From: Lophium mytilinum | Lineage: Eukaryota | Length of the DNA stretch: 64,000 nucleotides | NCBI GenBank assembly: GCA_010093605.1 | Contig: MU004194.1 | Location: 844,323-908,322 of the forward strand | Direction: 5' to 3' | Part shown: piece by piece, positions 24,915-35,840 of the stretch | How positions within the stretch are numbered: the stretch's first letter is position 1 | How the letters are laid out: each line of letters opens with the position of its first letter | Notes under the pieces: model-generated | Told to the model about the DNA's origin: nothing | What the model saw: only the letters and a program-made list of their open reading frames with translations | Databases searched by the model: none | Made by a program: the position numbers and the translations under genes

Positions 24915-25350
24915 ATGTCCCAGAACGCGATTCCAGTCTTCAATGCCCTAATTAGGACCCACCATATCACGTCCCGTAAGAAAGTCGCGAAGCTAGTCAA
25001 GGCAGCAGACAAATATGCTTGCTACGTTCTTCTGCGCAGCGGCGGGTCCCCGGGGATAATGTACTGCGAGGGCAATGAAGAAGGCGTAAGGAGTTGGGTT
25101 TCCACCGTGCAGGTATATGGGTCCACGCTCGTTGAACTACCGAAACTCATGTATGACACAGAAACTTCGCTACAAAGACTATCAACTGGTAGGCCGGCCC
25201 AATGCGCTCGTACTAGAGACTATGGACGCCAAGGAGAGGCCTATAAGGGGCCATCTTCATGAAGTTGCAGCGGTCAAAGAATTCGGTGCCAAGATGGAAT
25301 CTCTTGGCATCTGGGAGTGGTGGAGGCATGCTATGGGATATACCCCTTGA
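24915..25350 (+). CDS. Small DUF1115-like (RWDD2/Prp3 C-terminal-type) protein; exons 24915-25112, 25162-25350
   Basis: Motif IRTHHITSRKK...GGSPGIMYCEG...VRSWVSTVQ-KLRYK. Phase-0 intron 25113-25161 joins two ORF-track fragments. Confidence 0.72.
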
Positions 25351-25988
25351 CGACATTGATATCTCGGCACCTAGAACTTCCTCCACGTCTTGAGATTCGG
25401 CTTTGCTAAGCCGGGTGGCTGTTCCGATTCGACCGGTTCCCCATGGCGATGCAGCAATGAAGCATGAACTTCTTTCTCAGTCTAGGAGCCTGGAGGAACT
25501 TCTTGAGAAGACATTCTGGATTTCGAAATTCGCACCTACGACGAATGGCTGCTTCGAATATAGGCTGATTTGGAAGTCTCCAAAATCCAGTCCTGCTATT
25601 GGACCCATGGGAAAGACAAAATTTAATATCCAAGCTTCAGATATGCTCGGGTTTCGTCTGAAATGTGGCCGAGGATCTGTCGGGATTCTAAATGACACCG
25701 GATTGGCCATATACCTATCATAACAGCCAAGAGTTGCTCTCTAATCCCCTCAAGAGGCCCAAAGAGGATAAGGGACCGTGTTTTGGAGGTGACAAATTCC
25801 GGAATTGCAAGGGCTGGCCCAAGCTCTCCCCCACATCTTACAGCCATCCGAGGCAGCTCCTTGTGCGAGATCCCGATTGACGTCGTCGAGACCCCGCCGA
25901 TATGGAGACGTGATGCTCAAAAGCGGCGCTGTCGCCCTCAGCTTCACGCCGTGCATTGAGTCTCCCAACTTCCCTCTTCGCCGCCATC

Positions 25989-27767
25989 ATGCCCCAGAAG
26001 TCGCCCTTCCAGATTGACATTCCCGCCACCGACGTTCTTTCATACCTATTTCCTCCAGGAACAACGCCGTCTGACAAGCCAATATGGATTGATGCGGTGG
26101 AGACGGAGCACTCGCTGTCGCCGAGACAATTGTTACAATGGGCGAAAAGGCTGGGCCTGGGCTTGCATGGATTGGGGTTGCAAGAGGGAGATGTAGTCAT
26201 GGTCTACTCGCATAACCACATCTTTGTCCCCGTTGCCTATCTAGGCATATCAGGGAGTGGTTTCATATTCAGCGGGACCAATCCGGCATACACAATCGAC
26301 GGTTAGTCCTCAAGAATGCTTCATTGCTGTAGGGGTTCTGACCCGCAGGCAGAAACCATATTCCAAATACAGAATACTGGCTGCAAAGCTATCCTCGTCG
26401 AACCCGGCCTCCTCCCAACCGTCCTCAAAGCATCCGCGAAAACGAACTTCCCACAAGACAAGATATACCTATTCTCAGACAAACCAGCTCAGACTACGAA
26501 CGGCATTCGCGATTGGCGGACTATGGTCGGGTCGGTTGAGGCAGCGGAAAAATGGCAACGGAAGCCGCTGAGTAAGGAGCAAGCGCAATCTACAGTAGCC
26601 GCCCTCAACTACTCCTCTGGAACCACGGGATTACCCAAAGGTGTAATGATAAGCCATCTAAACGTCATAGCCAACGTGGAACAAAGCATCTACATGCGCG
26701 ACCTGGAGCAGCCCTATCATCCATCAAATCGACCTGAAGAACGCTGGCTCGGATTCCTACCTCTTTATCACGCATATGGCCAGCTATGGTCGATTGTTGC
26801 GGCCTGTAGGACGCTAACGCCCTGTTTCTTCATGCGTCAATTCTCTTATACAAAGTTCCTCGAGCATATTCAAAACCACAAGGTTACCCACATCCAAACG
26901 GCACCTCCAGTATTAGTTATGCTCGCAAAACGGCCAGAAACCTCCAAGTACGACCTCAGTTCTCTCAAAAACATCCTATGTGGGGCCGCGCCACTATCAA
27001 AGGAACTCCAAAATGATGTTTCCGACCGATTTAGGCTGAAAGTTGTTCAGACCTGGGGCATGACTGAGGTTACGTGCTCGTCGTTGCACGTACCTGGAGG
27101 CCTCGACGACCGCAGTGGTTCGGTAGGCTACATAGATCCGAACGCCATGATGAAGCTCATTGATGAGGATGGCAAAGAGGTGGGCGTTGGCGAACGAGGA
27201 GAGGTTCATGTGAAGGGACCTAATGTGTGTCTTGGCTACTGGAGGAACGAAAAGGCGACGCGCGAGACGTTCGACGAGGACGGTTTCTTGAGGACCGGTG
27301 ATGTCGCCATCAGGGATCACAAGGGCTGGTACTGGATTGTAGATCGGAAGAAGGAGCTCATAAAGGTCAGTGGCTTCCAAGTCGCGCCGGCTGAGCTGGA
27401 AGCGCTCCTCCTAGAGCATGACCATGTTGCCGATGCAGCGGTCGTGGCACTTCAATTGTAAGTCTTATCCCACGCCTAATTACTCAAGCCGCAAGCTTTC
27501 ACCTTCACGTTGCTAAGAACTACTAGCGAACACGAAGAGCTCCCTCGTGCGTATTGTGTCATCAAGGATGAGCACAATGGCAAGTCCACCGAGTGGGACA
27601 TCGAACGGTGGATGGCCGCACGTGTCGCAAAGCATAAGCACCTAGCTGGTGGTGTGGTCTTCATCCCAGAAGTCCCGAAATCTCCAAGTGGTAAGATTCA
27701 GAGGAAAGTACTTCGTGAGTGGGCCACACGAGACGCAAAGAATCACAAACCCAAGGCGAGACTGTAG
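25989..27767 (+). CDS. Peroxisomal 4-coumarate-CoA-ligase-like / acyl-CoA synthetase; exons 25989-26301, 26353-27457, 27527-27767
   Basis: AMP-binding motif YSSGTTGLPKG, WGMTE, RTGD, DRKKELIK, PKSPSGKIQR; C-terminal PTS1 ARL. Confidence 0.92.
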
Positions 27768-28152
27768 ATATTTGCAATGAAGTCAAAATACAATATCTTC
27801 ACATATACGCAAGATTACATCTTAACTTCTACAGCATATGGATGCGTCCGGTGGACTAGCGCGGATATCAAGTCACGAAAGTCAGCTGCAACAGAGGGAT
27901 AATCTCGAAAGTAACGCCTCCGACTTCTGCGGAGCTCTGAAGATCTCGCACATATTGGAAATGATGTCTGAAATCTTGCTACGCTATTCAAGCTCATGAA
28001 ATGCGGTGCTACGTGTTTTCGAGGATAGGTTCCATATAAGTTCACTAGGCTGTGATGCACACCGTGATTGCACCCGGCATGAAAGGAATCATGAATATAA
28101 TTTTACATACGTACAGATCGCTGTGAAAATGCCCAAAAAATACAGAACGCGT

Positions 28153-31005
28153 TTAACGAAGCATATAGCTAAGATCCGGGAACCCTTGTATGATCTGTCG
28201 GAGAATCTCTGCTTCTTCGGCTTCCTTTCGCTTTGTGGATGATAGAGGTGGGTGTGAGGTTATCGAAGAGGCACGGCTGAGATTTGGTGCCGGCGCCATA
28301 GATACAGCCTGCGATGGCGATGCTACGAAGGAAGAGGGGGTTTCAAAGATAGAGAAGTCAGCAGCCGCGAGGGGATCTGATGTGACTGGAGCCAAGACCG
28401 GAGTTTTTGACAAGCCCATGTGCTTTAGGGGTGAGGCGGATGAAGACTGTGAGGCTGGAGGCGCAGCGGGAGAGTCGAATATTGAGAAGTCGACTGTTGC
28501 TAGAGAGTCTGGCTGTGTAGATGCGACCACAGGAGGTGATGCTATGCGGACATGCTTCTTGGCTGGAACAGAAGAGGGTATCTCAATCTTCTGCGGGAGA
28601 GAGGACTCGAGGACGGAGAAATCGGCATTCCCGGGGAATGATCGTGTTTCAAGCGTTGGCGCGCTCGAGGAGGGCAAAGGTGGGGGTGTTGTCCTTGCCG
28701 TTGCATTTGGTATATTCGGCGACGGAGTTCTAGACATACCGAAGGGCTTTGCGATGGATCCATACGGGTTCGCAAGTGCAGGCCCGGAAGCAGCTGTTGG
28801 TGATATAGGCGTCATGAGTCGAACGACTGATGGTGCATAGCGACGAGAGGGATCTTGTTGGGGTGGCGCTGGCTTAATCTGGGATTGTCGCAATATCGGA
28901 GTAGGCGCTGGAGTCATGGGTGACTGGACCATCTCGCCCCAGTCATCGTCTTCATCCTGTGGTGGGTTCTGCGGAGTAGGAGGTGCCTTGGAGCTAGTGT
29001 CTAAACGGGTCAGACCTGCCCAAGGGTCCATATCCATCATCAACGTTGCTTTTGCAGCACCTGAAGGCTTAGAATGCTTGCCTGCGGACGGAGGGATACT
29101 CATAGCGGAGTTAATGTCCTCTTTGGGAGATTTGTTCTCTGGTATGAGGAATGGCGGGGGCCTCTCTAGGCGGTCCACAGTCGGTGTTTGAGCTGGCACA
29201 AAGGTGTTGACGTATTGAGCGGGTATGGTTGTGCTTTGAGAAGCCCTTTTGTGAACCGGATGTGATGGTATTCCTCTCGTGATATCCATGGACAGAGGCC
29301 TCGATGAACTAGCTTGTACTTTCGCAATCGGCATAATCAGGTTGCCAGGCATGGATGCATCAGTCGATATAGACAATCTGTTCCTTCTCCCTGATTTGAG
29401 TTGCCCAACTGCATTTCGAGCCATCTCCTCAACGCTTGGACGGGGCGCTTTAGCAGCTTCGCCGGACACAGATATTGACGGAGATTGTTGAATGTTGGGT
29501 GAAGAGCTCCAGTTGAAGTGCGCAGTCGGACTTTTGGGTGACAGAGGAGTATCTGTTGATTTAGTCGACAGTGTTGGCGATGTGGTATTGGTTTTTGATG
29601 ATAACGAAGATCTGCGAAGAGCGTGTCGAGAGGGAGTCCCAATCGTTGATTCCGTGGCCTGGGTTGGTTGATCCCAGAAAAACATAGCACCTGCCGATTT
29701 ACCTCCAAGAACAGCCCTTCCTGCAATCCGGTCTTCTGCGCTCCACCGTCCCACTATCTTATTGACCTTTGTCCGGATGGTTGAGCCAATCCACGACACA
29801 CGAACATAGCTGTCGTTATCAGTTCCGCTGTTGAACTCCCTCAAAGTCTGCTCTCGGGTAAGTCGATACCAAGCTTTCCGCGTAGATGTAGAGGATATCG
29901 TGTCGTCCGGAGTATCTCCTGTTGCTGTGAAAGGTGGCGGAGAAGGAAATAACTGATCGATTAGGGACAAGTCCGGTTGGAAGGAAGCTACGGTGATGCT
30001 ATCGCGAGATCCAGGACCTGTGAGAGCTTCCAATGAATGTCTCGGTACTTCTAGGCTTTCTTTTCGTTCATTGGTAGGCTCGTCTGACGTTGGGAAATTC
30101 GACACCGCGGGAGAGACCACAGGCCGTATCTCTTCACTTTCCCGGCCTTCTTCTCCCATTTCGGCATCGTCGCCCTCATCCTCGTCATCGTCATCCCCTT
30201 CAAATTCTCCAAAGTCGTCCTCGTCTTCGGTCTCCGCAACCGAGTCCAAATGCTGTGTAACATCAATACCATTTTCCTCCCGAATCTTAGGTGTTGCCAG
30301 GGCCTCTTCCTCTATTTTAGCCGTCCGCTCCTCTAGTCCTTCTACCAGTGTTCCTTCCTCCTCGAAAGACGTGCGTGGAGATTCATGAGGCAGTTCTGGC
30401 TGGCTGGCATCCGAAGGAGACGTAGAGGGGCGGGTAGACGCGTCATCATCCGAAGGCCCGGGTTCGACTTCTGTCTGTTCATCATCGGCGATATCTGGAT
30501 GTACAGTGGTTCCAGAGTCCGAGGCTTCGGCCTCTACGCTAACTGTATCTCTCCCAAAATTCTCTCCATTTTGTGAATCATCCCACGGCCCATGACCTGT
30601 CGAGTTCGACTCTAGAGTGGGGTCGATCCTCCACGTATCGTCACGGACGTCTAACGTGCCTTCCTTGTGCCCGTTTTCGAATTGGGTAATAGGCGATTGC
30701 GATCCTGAAGGCGGCGTATCTGTCTCATGTTGCTCGCTTGCGGTAGCCAACGAAGGAGGCGTGCTTGTCGTTTTGAGCTCTTCCAACCGCTCTTCCTCTT
30801 CAGCATGACTTTCTTGATATCCAATGGGCGCAGAAAATCCAGTCCAATCCCCAAACCCATCTCCATCCGCGGGACTTCCCCATTGTGCTTCGTCCTCAAA
30901 CCCCTGGAGTACCGCGGGCGCTATAATCGGTTTCTTTACCTCCAACTCTTTTGGGGGTGTCTTCGTTTCGGCATCGTCGGCCCAAGGGTCGCCCCAGTGA
31001 TCCAT
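28153..31005 (-). CDS. 950-aa largely disordered protein with adaptor-binding-type motifs (candidate AP-1/clathrin accessory protein)
   Basis: Single long ORF with motifs GDPW, GFGDW, DDFGEF, DDWGEM and repeated DFS(I/V)(F/L); folded-looking core STRKAWYRLTR...YVRVSW. Confidence 0.8.
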   Translation of the reverse strand: MDHWGDPWADDAETKTPPKELEVKKPIIAPAVLQGFEDEAQWGSPADGDGFGDWTGFSAPIGYQESHAEEEERLEELKTTSTPPSLATASEQHETDTPPSGSQSPITQFENGHKEGTLDVRDDTWRIDPTLESNSTGHGPWDDSQNGENFGRDTVSVEAEASDSGTTVHPDIADDEQTEVEPGPSDDDASTRPSTSPSDASQPELPHESPRTSFEEEGTLVEGLEERTAKIEEEALATPKIREENGIDVTQHLDSVAETEDEDDFGEFEGDDDDEDEGDDAEMGEEGRESEEIRPVVSPAVSNFPTSDEPTNERKESLEVPRHSLEALTGPGSRDSITVASFQPDLSLIDQLFPSPPPFTATGDTPDDTISSTSTRKAWYRLTREQTLREFNSGTDNDSYVRVSWIGSTIRTKVNKIVGRWSAEDRIAGRAVLGGKSAGAMFFWDQPTQATESTIGTPSRHALRRSSLSSKTNTTSPTLSTKSTDTPLSPKSPTAHFNWSSSPNIQQSPSISVSGEAAKAPRPSVEEMARNAVGQLKSGRRNRLSISTDASMPGNLIMPIAKVQASSSRPLSMDITRGIPSHPVHKRASQSTTIPAQYVNTFVPAQTPTVDRLERPPPFLIPENKSPKEDINSAMSIPPSAGKHSKPSGAAKATLMMDMDPWAGLTRLDTSSKAPPTPQNPPQDEDDDWGEMVQSPMTPAPTPILRQSQIKPAPPQQDPSRRYAPSVVRLMTPISPTAASGPALANPYGSIAKPFGMSRTPSPNIPNATARTTPPPLPSSSAPTLETRSFPGNADFSVLESSLPQKIEIPSSVPAKKHVRIASPPVVASTQPDSLATVDFSIFDSPAAPPASQSSSASPLKHMGLSKTPVLAPVTSDPLAAADFSIFETPSSFVASPSQAVSMAPAPNLSRASSITSHPPLSSTKRKEAEEAEILRQIIQGFPDLSYMLR

Positions 31006-31823
31006 AGTCTGGTGACGGTCGGGTTCATCATAATGGGTGCGCGAAAAGAAGCATGCTCACTGCGAAAGTCGACGTCGATAGAGAGACAATGGGACGCGAG
31101 GGAGTGCCAAGTGTCGGCGATTCGTTAGGTCCGTGAGGTTTCACGTGACCGCGGTTTCCGCCAACTATATTAGGAAAAGTATTGCACTGCAGACATCTTA
31201 TTTTATTCGCTGAAGAGCAGTTGGAACACTACAGACGATACTCAAGAGACAGTTGAACAGCAGTCTACATGCATCATCGCTTCTGTCTCGCTTGACTTTC
31301 TATTTATTCTACACCCCGAGGCTTTTGACATCTTGTCTTGAAAGCTAACGGGTTGTTGGAGCACCACAAACGGCGCCATAGCGATGATAGAACAGCATTC
31401 TAATGCGTTGGCATCGAGAGCACATGTGATCCGGAGCTGTTCCGAAGTCCTACTGCCCTAATACGGTTCTGAGGAAACACCGTTCTAATATACGAGATGC
31501 AAATGTAGCTCTACACGTTATGACCATAGAGGCGGGAGGGTACCACGGGAAGTACTGAGCATAGAAAAACCCCGTCGGGATGAGATCAACACGCTATGAA
31601 AGCATAGATTTACTGGCATTGGGTTCAGATATAGCCGTGGCTCCCTACTGTGTGCACTGCGGATATCTCCAAATAGAAAAATAGTCCTCCAGACCACACT
31701 GGAAACTAGAGCGTGAAGAAGCTTGTTGTTGTGGACAATGCGACCGCGATCATAGCAAGCTTAGCTAATGCACACCCGGATGCCGTATCATATGCATAGC
31801 AGTCTCTTTTTCCAGTCTTTTAG

Positions 31824-33842
31824 CTATCTCTTTATCCCCACGACCACAAGATTCCTTGGGCTCATCTTGTAATCGAAAACGGCCTCCACCCACGCATGTT
31901 GTACCTCCTTCTGCTCCTTCAACCACAGCCACCGATCCACCACAATAACCGCTTCCACGACACCAGCACTGAATGCCATCAGACTCCACATCACACTGAG
32001 CTCCTTCTTTCTCTCAGAGTACCGCTTCTCGTAGTCCAGAATATCCTCATCGGTCAATCCATCCATTCTTGCGGAGATGAAGGCCGGATCGACAGCACAG
32101 AAAGAGTTGGGTGTGGTGAGCTTTGTCAAAGCTCCACGTACATAGGAAACAAAATTTTCGTAGCAGAATCGCCGTAGGGTTCCGATAGTGATGGGCATTG
32201 TGCCGCCATCCGGTCCAATACCAGGTGCAAGCCCGTCGGGCGGTGTCCAATTTACTTTGCTGGTATGTCCAGCTGCGGAGACGTTTTCGCCGACAGCTTC
32301 TCCATCGTCAACAGGCGCAGATACAACGCCGCGATCGAGGAAGATGCGTTGAAGGAGGGCGCGATAGAAATGGCGAGTGAAGAAGAGATCGCTATCTTCC
32401 TTGCCCCAGTTTTGGGGTGCTTGGACTGCCATCATCCTTGAAGTAATGTTGAGTCTAATACCCTTTATGCCACTGCTGTTCGGTTTGTGTGCAGACTCAG
32501 GTGCATGAAGGGGAAAGTTGACTAGACGCTCTGACATGGGGAATCCGTGAGGATCGAAAGCTGTTGAGGTTGCGACGAGACGAGGATGGCTAGGTCGTAG
32601 AGTTGGAAGTTTATAAGTTGGCGGCCCGAGACGCTCAGTGAGCAGATTGTAGCAGCATCCGACCATAGCAACAGCAGTGACAGAAGGATTGAGAAGCAGA
32701 GAGCGGAGCCCATGGTGGACGAGATTACCGCAGGAGTGCAAAGAAATGACCATAAGACTGGGCTCGGTGGACTTTGGGAGGGTTTGCGGATCGCTAGACT
32801 GAGCAACCACGACTGGTACTGACGAGATGGGTGCGCTCTGAACTTGAGATGTATCTATGACCTGTTCCACGACAGGGCGTAGGTTAGCATCTGATATTCG
32901 ATGCTCTACATACTGAACGCTACCTTGGCCTTCAGTGTAGACCTGTAGAGTGGTAGTAACGGCCTTTTGCTCAACGATGCCCTGCTCTTCGTCATTATCT
33001 TCAGCACCCGTCGTCGTTGAGCCGGATCCACCATTGAAAGGGGCACTGGGAGAGCTAGTACAGGCATCAGGGTCGCAATTCTGGCCTCCGTCGTTGCCGC
33101 TCATGAGTCCTGCGCGGTATTCTTTTTTGTTGCGCATTACCAGCGGCTTGTCCACTAACTTGGCTAAGACGTCCATGTGCTTTGCACCTTCAATATTATG
33201 CTGCTTACTCTCTACTGCTACAATGTGCTTGGAGTAAGGCTGTGCTGCAAGTGCGCGGCCGAGGTAATTTTGCCCCGAACCAAAGTCAACTAGATGAGAT
33301 ATCTCGCGATTACCAGATTTCGCTATATCTGATGTCAGTCTATCCACGTAACGTGAAAAGTTGTCGACCTCATGGACTTTTTTGACCTTCATCCCGACTG
33401 CGACATGGCGTGCAATAATGCTCTTCTGAACCGTCAATCCTGAGTTTGACGGAGGGAATCGCCGGTCCAAAAGATGCGCCCGAACGTCCTTGATATACTG
33501 CAGCAGCCCCTGTGGCGGCGGTAGGCCATTACGCCATGTCGGCCTCGGAGTTGAAATACAGTCTGGTCCTTCGGAACTCTGCGCATCGAACTGTGTGAGA
33601 TCCTCTCTCATGAAAAGATCCAAGATGTCCGCCATATCTCTGCTCTGAAACCAGTCCCTCCATTCTATTGATAGAAGAGATGAGTAAAGATCCTCAGTTC
33701 GTGTAAAGAAATCCAAGATGTGAACCCCCCCACAGAGTGTTTGAAGCAGCCACGAAGACGTTGCGAAATTCAACAGCGAGTCCACATAGGAATCCACATC
33801 GGTAAACTCAGCCGGCAGAGGAAGAGCTTGTTCGGGTCCCAT
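31824..33842 (-). CDS. METTL25/RRNAD1-like SAM-dependent methyltransferase, 672 aa, intronless
   Basis: MKVKKVHEV, VDFGSGQNYL (SAM motif I), LHSCGNL, VGCCYNLLTE, GFPMS, C-terminal SPRNLVVVG. Confidence 0.88.
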   Translation of the reverse strand: MGPEQALPLPAEFTDVDSYVDSLLNFATSSWLLQTLCGGVHILDFFTRTEDLYSSLLSIEWRDWFQSRDMADILDLFMREDLTQFDAQSSEGPDCISTPRPTWRNGLPPPQGLLQYIKDVRAHLLDRRFPPSNSGLTVQKSIIARHVAVGMKVKKVHEVDNFSRYVDRLTSDIAKSGNREISHLVDFGSGQNYLGRALAAQPYSKHIVAVESKQHNIEGAKHMDVLAKLVDKPLVMRNKKEYRAGLMSGNDGGQNCDPDACTSSPSAPFNGGSGSTTTGAEDNDEEQGIVEQKAVTTTLQVYTEGQGSVQYVEHRISDANLRPVVEQVIDTSQVQSAPISSVPVVVAQSSDPQTLPKSTEPSLMVISLHSCGNLVHHGLRSLLLNPSVTAVAMVGCCYNLLTERLGPPTYKLPTLRPSHPRLVATSTAFDPHGFPMSERLVNFPLHAPESAHKPNSSGIKGIRLNITSRMMAVQAPQNWGKEDSDLFFTRHFYRALLQRIFLDRGVVSAPVDDGEAVGENVSAAGHTSKVNWTPPDGLAPGIGPDGGTMPITIGTLRRFCYENFVSYVRGALTKLTTPNSFCAVDPAFISARMDGLTDEDILDYEKRYSERKKELSVMWSLMAFSAGVVEAVIVVDRWLWLKEQKEVQHAWVEAVFDYKMSPRNLVVVGIKR

Positions 33843-34096
33843 GATGATATTGGTTTGAACTGTCCATCTAGAATGAATTCCAGCTGAAGGGCGAGTGGGA
33901 GAGAAGAAAGCAAGGGTAGGTAGATTCTGTTAGTGGCCTGGTGGGCTTGAGTCGTCACGTGCTCTTGGCGTTCATCGGCATTAACGGAGCTGCATCTTCG
34001 ATCGGGCCTACGCATGATTCAACGCAAGCTATTTGCCTTCTTTAGACGACACATTTAATTTGAAGAGCTTGTCACAGCCGTGCATTTCTCCTCAAG

Positions 34097-34941
34097 ATGA
34101 TGTCTACATCGAATGAGGATGACCCCTTTCTCCAGGTCCAGGCGTGAGCTCAAGTCCTCGCAACACAACCATGCAATAGCTCTACTGACTGCGCAAAGGG
34201 ATGTCCTGTCTGCCCTCAATACCACACGGCCCTTGTTTGCCTCATACCTCCGCATACGCTCTTCAGCATCCTCGGCACGCTCCCCAGAACTCGTAGAAGC
34301 TCGGCATGAGCTTGAACAAACGCTGCAGGACCTCAACACCGACCTCCACGATCTGATTGAGAGTGTCCAGGCCGTCGAGCATGACCCCTACCGATTTGGC
34401 CTCGAGATAGATGAAGTCGAACGACGGCGGCGCTTGGTCAAGGAGGTCGGGGATGAGGTGGAGAACATGCGGGAGGAACTGCTCAAAACGGTCCATGATG
34501 CCCAGAGCAAGGGAAAAGCTGCTGTGAACGGGGACGTACTACCCGACCCGGACTCTTTCGACGACCCAGATGAATATGCGGCATTCGAACAAGAGCAACA
34601 AATGCAGATGATGCATGAGCAGGATGAAGCTCTCGACGGTGTCTTTCGCACGGTTGGAAACCTTCGTCAACAAGCTGATGATATGGGTCGAGAGCTAGAA
34701 GAGCAAGGCGAGCTGCTCAACGACGTTGACAATGTTGCCGATCGTGTGGGAGGTAAGCTGCAGACCGGCCTCAAGAAGGTCGGCTGGGTGATCAGGCAGA
34801 ACGAAGGTCAGTCGTAGCCTCCCATCCCTTGACCGCCATTGCTGACTATAGGCCTGCTACATAGACAAGATGTCTAGCTGTTGTATAGGCGTTCTGATAT
34901 TTGTGTTGATATTACTACTAGTCCTCCTCCTCGTTCTTTGA
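34097..34941 (+). CDS. tlg1: Tlg1/syntaxin-6 Qc-SNARE; exons 34097-34143, 34199-34806, 34865-34941
   Basis: N-terminal EDDPFLQVQADV, syntaxin-6 N-domain (DPYRFGL...ERRR), SNARE helix EQDEALD...LRQQADDMGRELEEQ, C-terminal TM anchor SCCIGVLIFVLILLLVLLLVL. Confidence 0.92.
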
Positions 34942-35840
34942 GCTAGCCAAAGAGTGGAAGTCACCCAACTACAGACCCAAGACGCATCTCTCAGGAGGCT
35001 CACGATGTGGAGATGTCGAGGAGAATAGATCCAACTATCCTCGCAAACCTAGACTGCCACCCTTTAATATTCAGGAGCCATAACACATCTTTTGAAGGGG
35101 TTGGAAATCGCTTCAGGAAGTTCAGGCATGATCTCCAGGTCGAGCGAGCCTCGCACGGAATGCAAGACATCGCCCTGGCGATACCACTCTGTACAACGCA
35201 GAACGCGTACCTCAAAGCTGGTCCACTCGCTAGGGATGAGACGCAGATACGCTCTCCCAGAAACCCCATCAGCACGTGTCAGGTCAGTAATGGCTGATCT
35301 GACCAGCTTCTGATGCTGAATCATTTGTCGTAAAGTCTACTCGCAGAAAATCGACAGGCTATAGATATTGAATCACTCCTGTTGTGGACAGCCAACCAAT
35401 CGCATCTGTCTACAATTCTAGCTTCTACGCATATTTTTTCGCGATGTTTTGCAAAACCAACATGCCTCGCTTCAACCCTTTGCGCAACGTTCCTTGCATC
35501 TTCCCCACTAATGCACCAACCGCATTGCTGGAATGCAATCATTGCCTTCCTGTGGTCGCAGGGCCTGAGACGCGATTGGTCTGAGAATGCGTTCAGGCTC
35601 AATTCTCTGTATCGACCTTCCTACCAGCCCTCTGTCGGAATCTTCGTTGCCAGCCCGCTCCTTACGAATTCCAATCGCGCTCAACAATCTAGAAGGCAGG
35701 TGGAAGTCTACTTGCATCTTCGAGATGAGCCTCCCGTTGTCTCCTTCCATAGCTGCCTGCCTGATTACCCGTCGCTCCTGTTTACATCCAAAAAACAATT
35801 GGGCCTCTTTACTTGACTGAGATACCTACAAATTCGTTCG

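Noticed and set aside
28190..30388. Plus-strand ORFs of 130-216 aa
   Set aside because: Antisense to the Ser/Pro-rich 950-aa gene.
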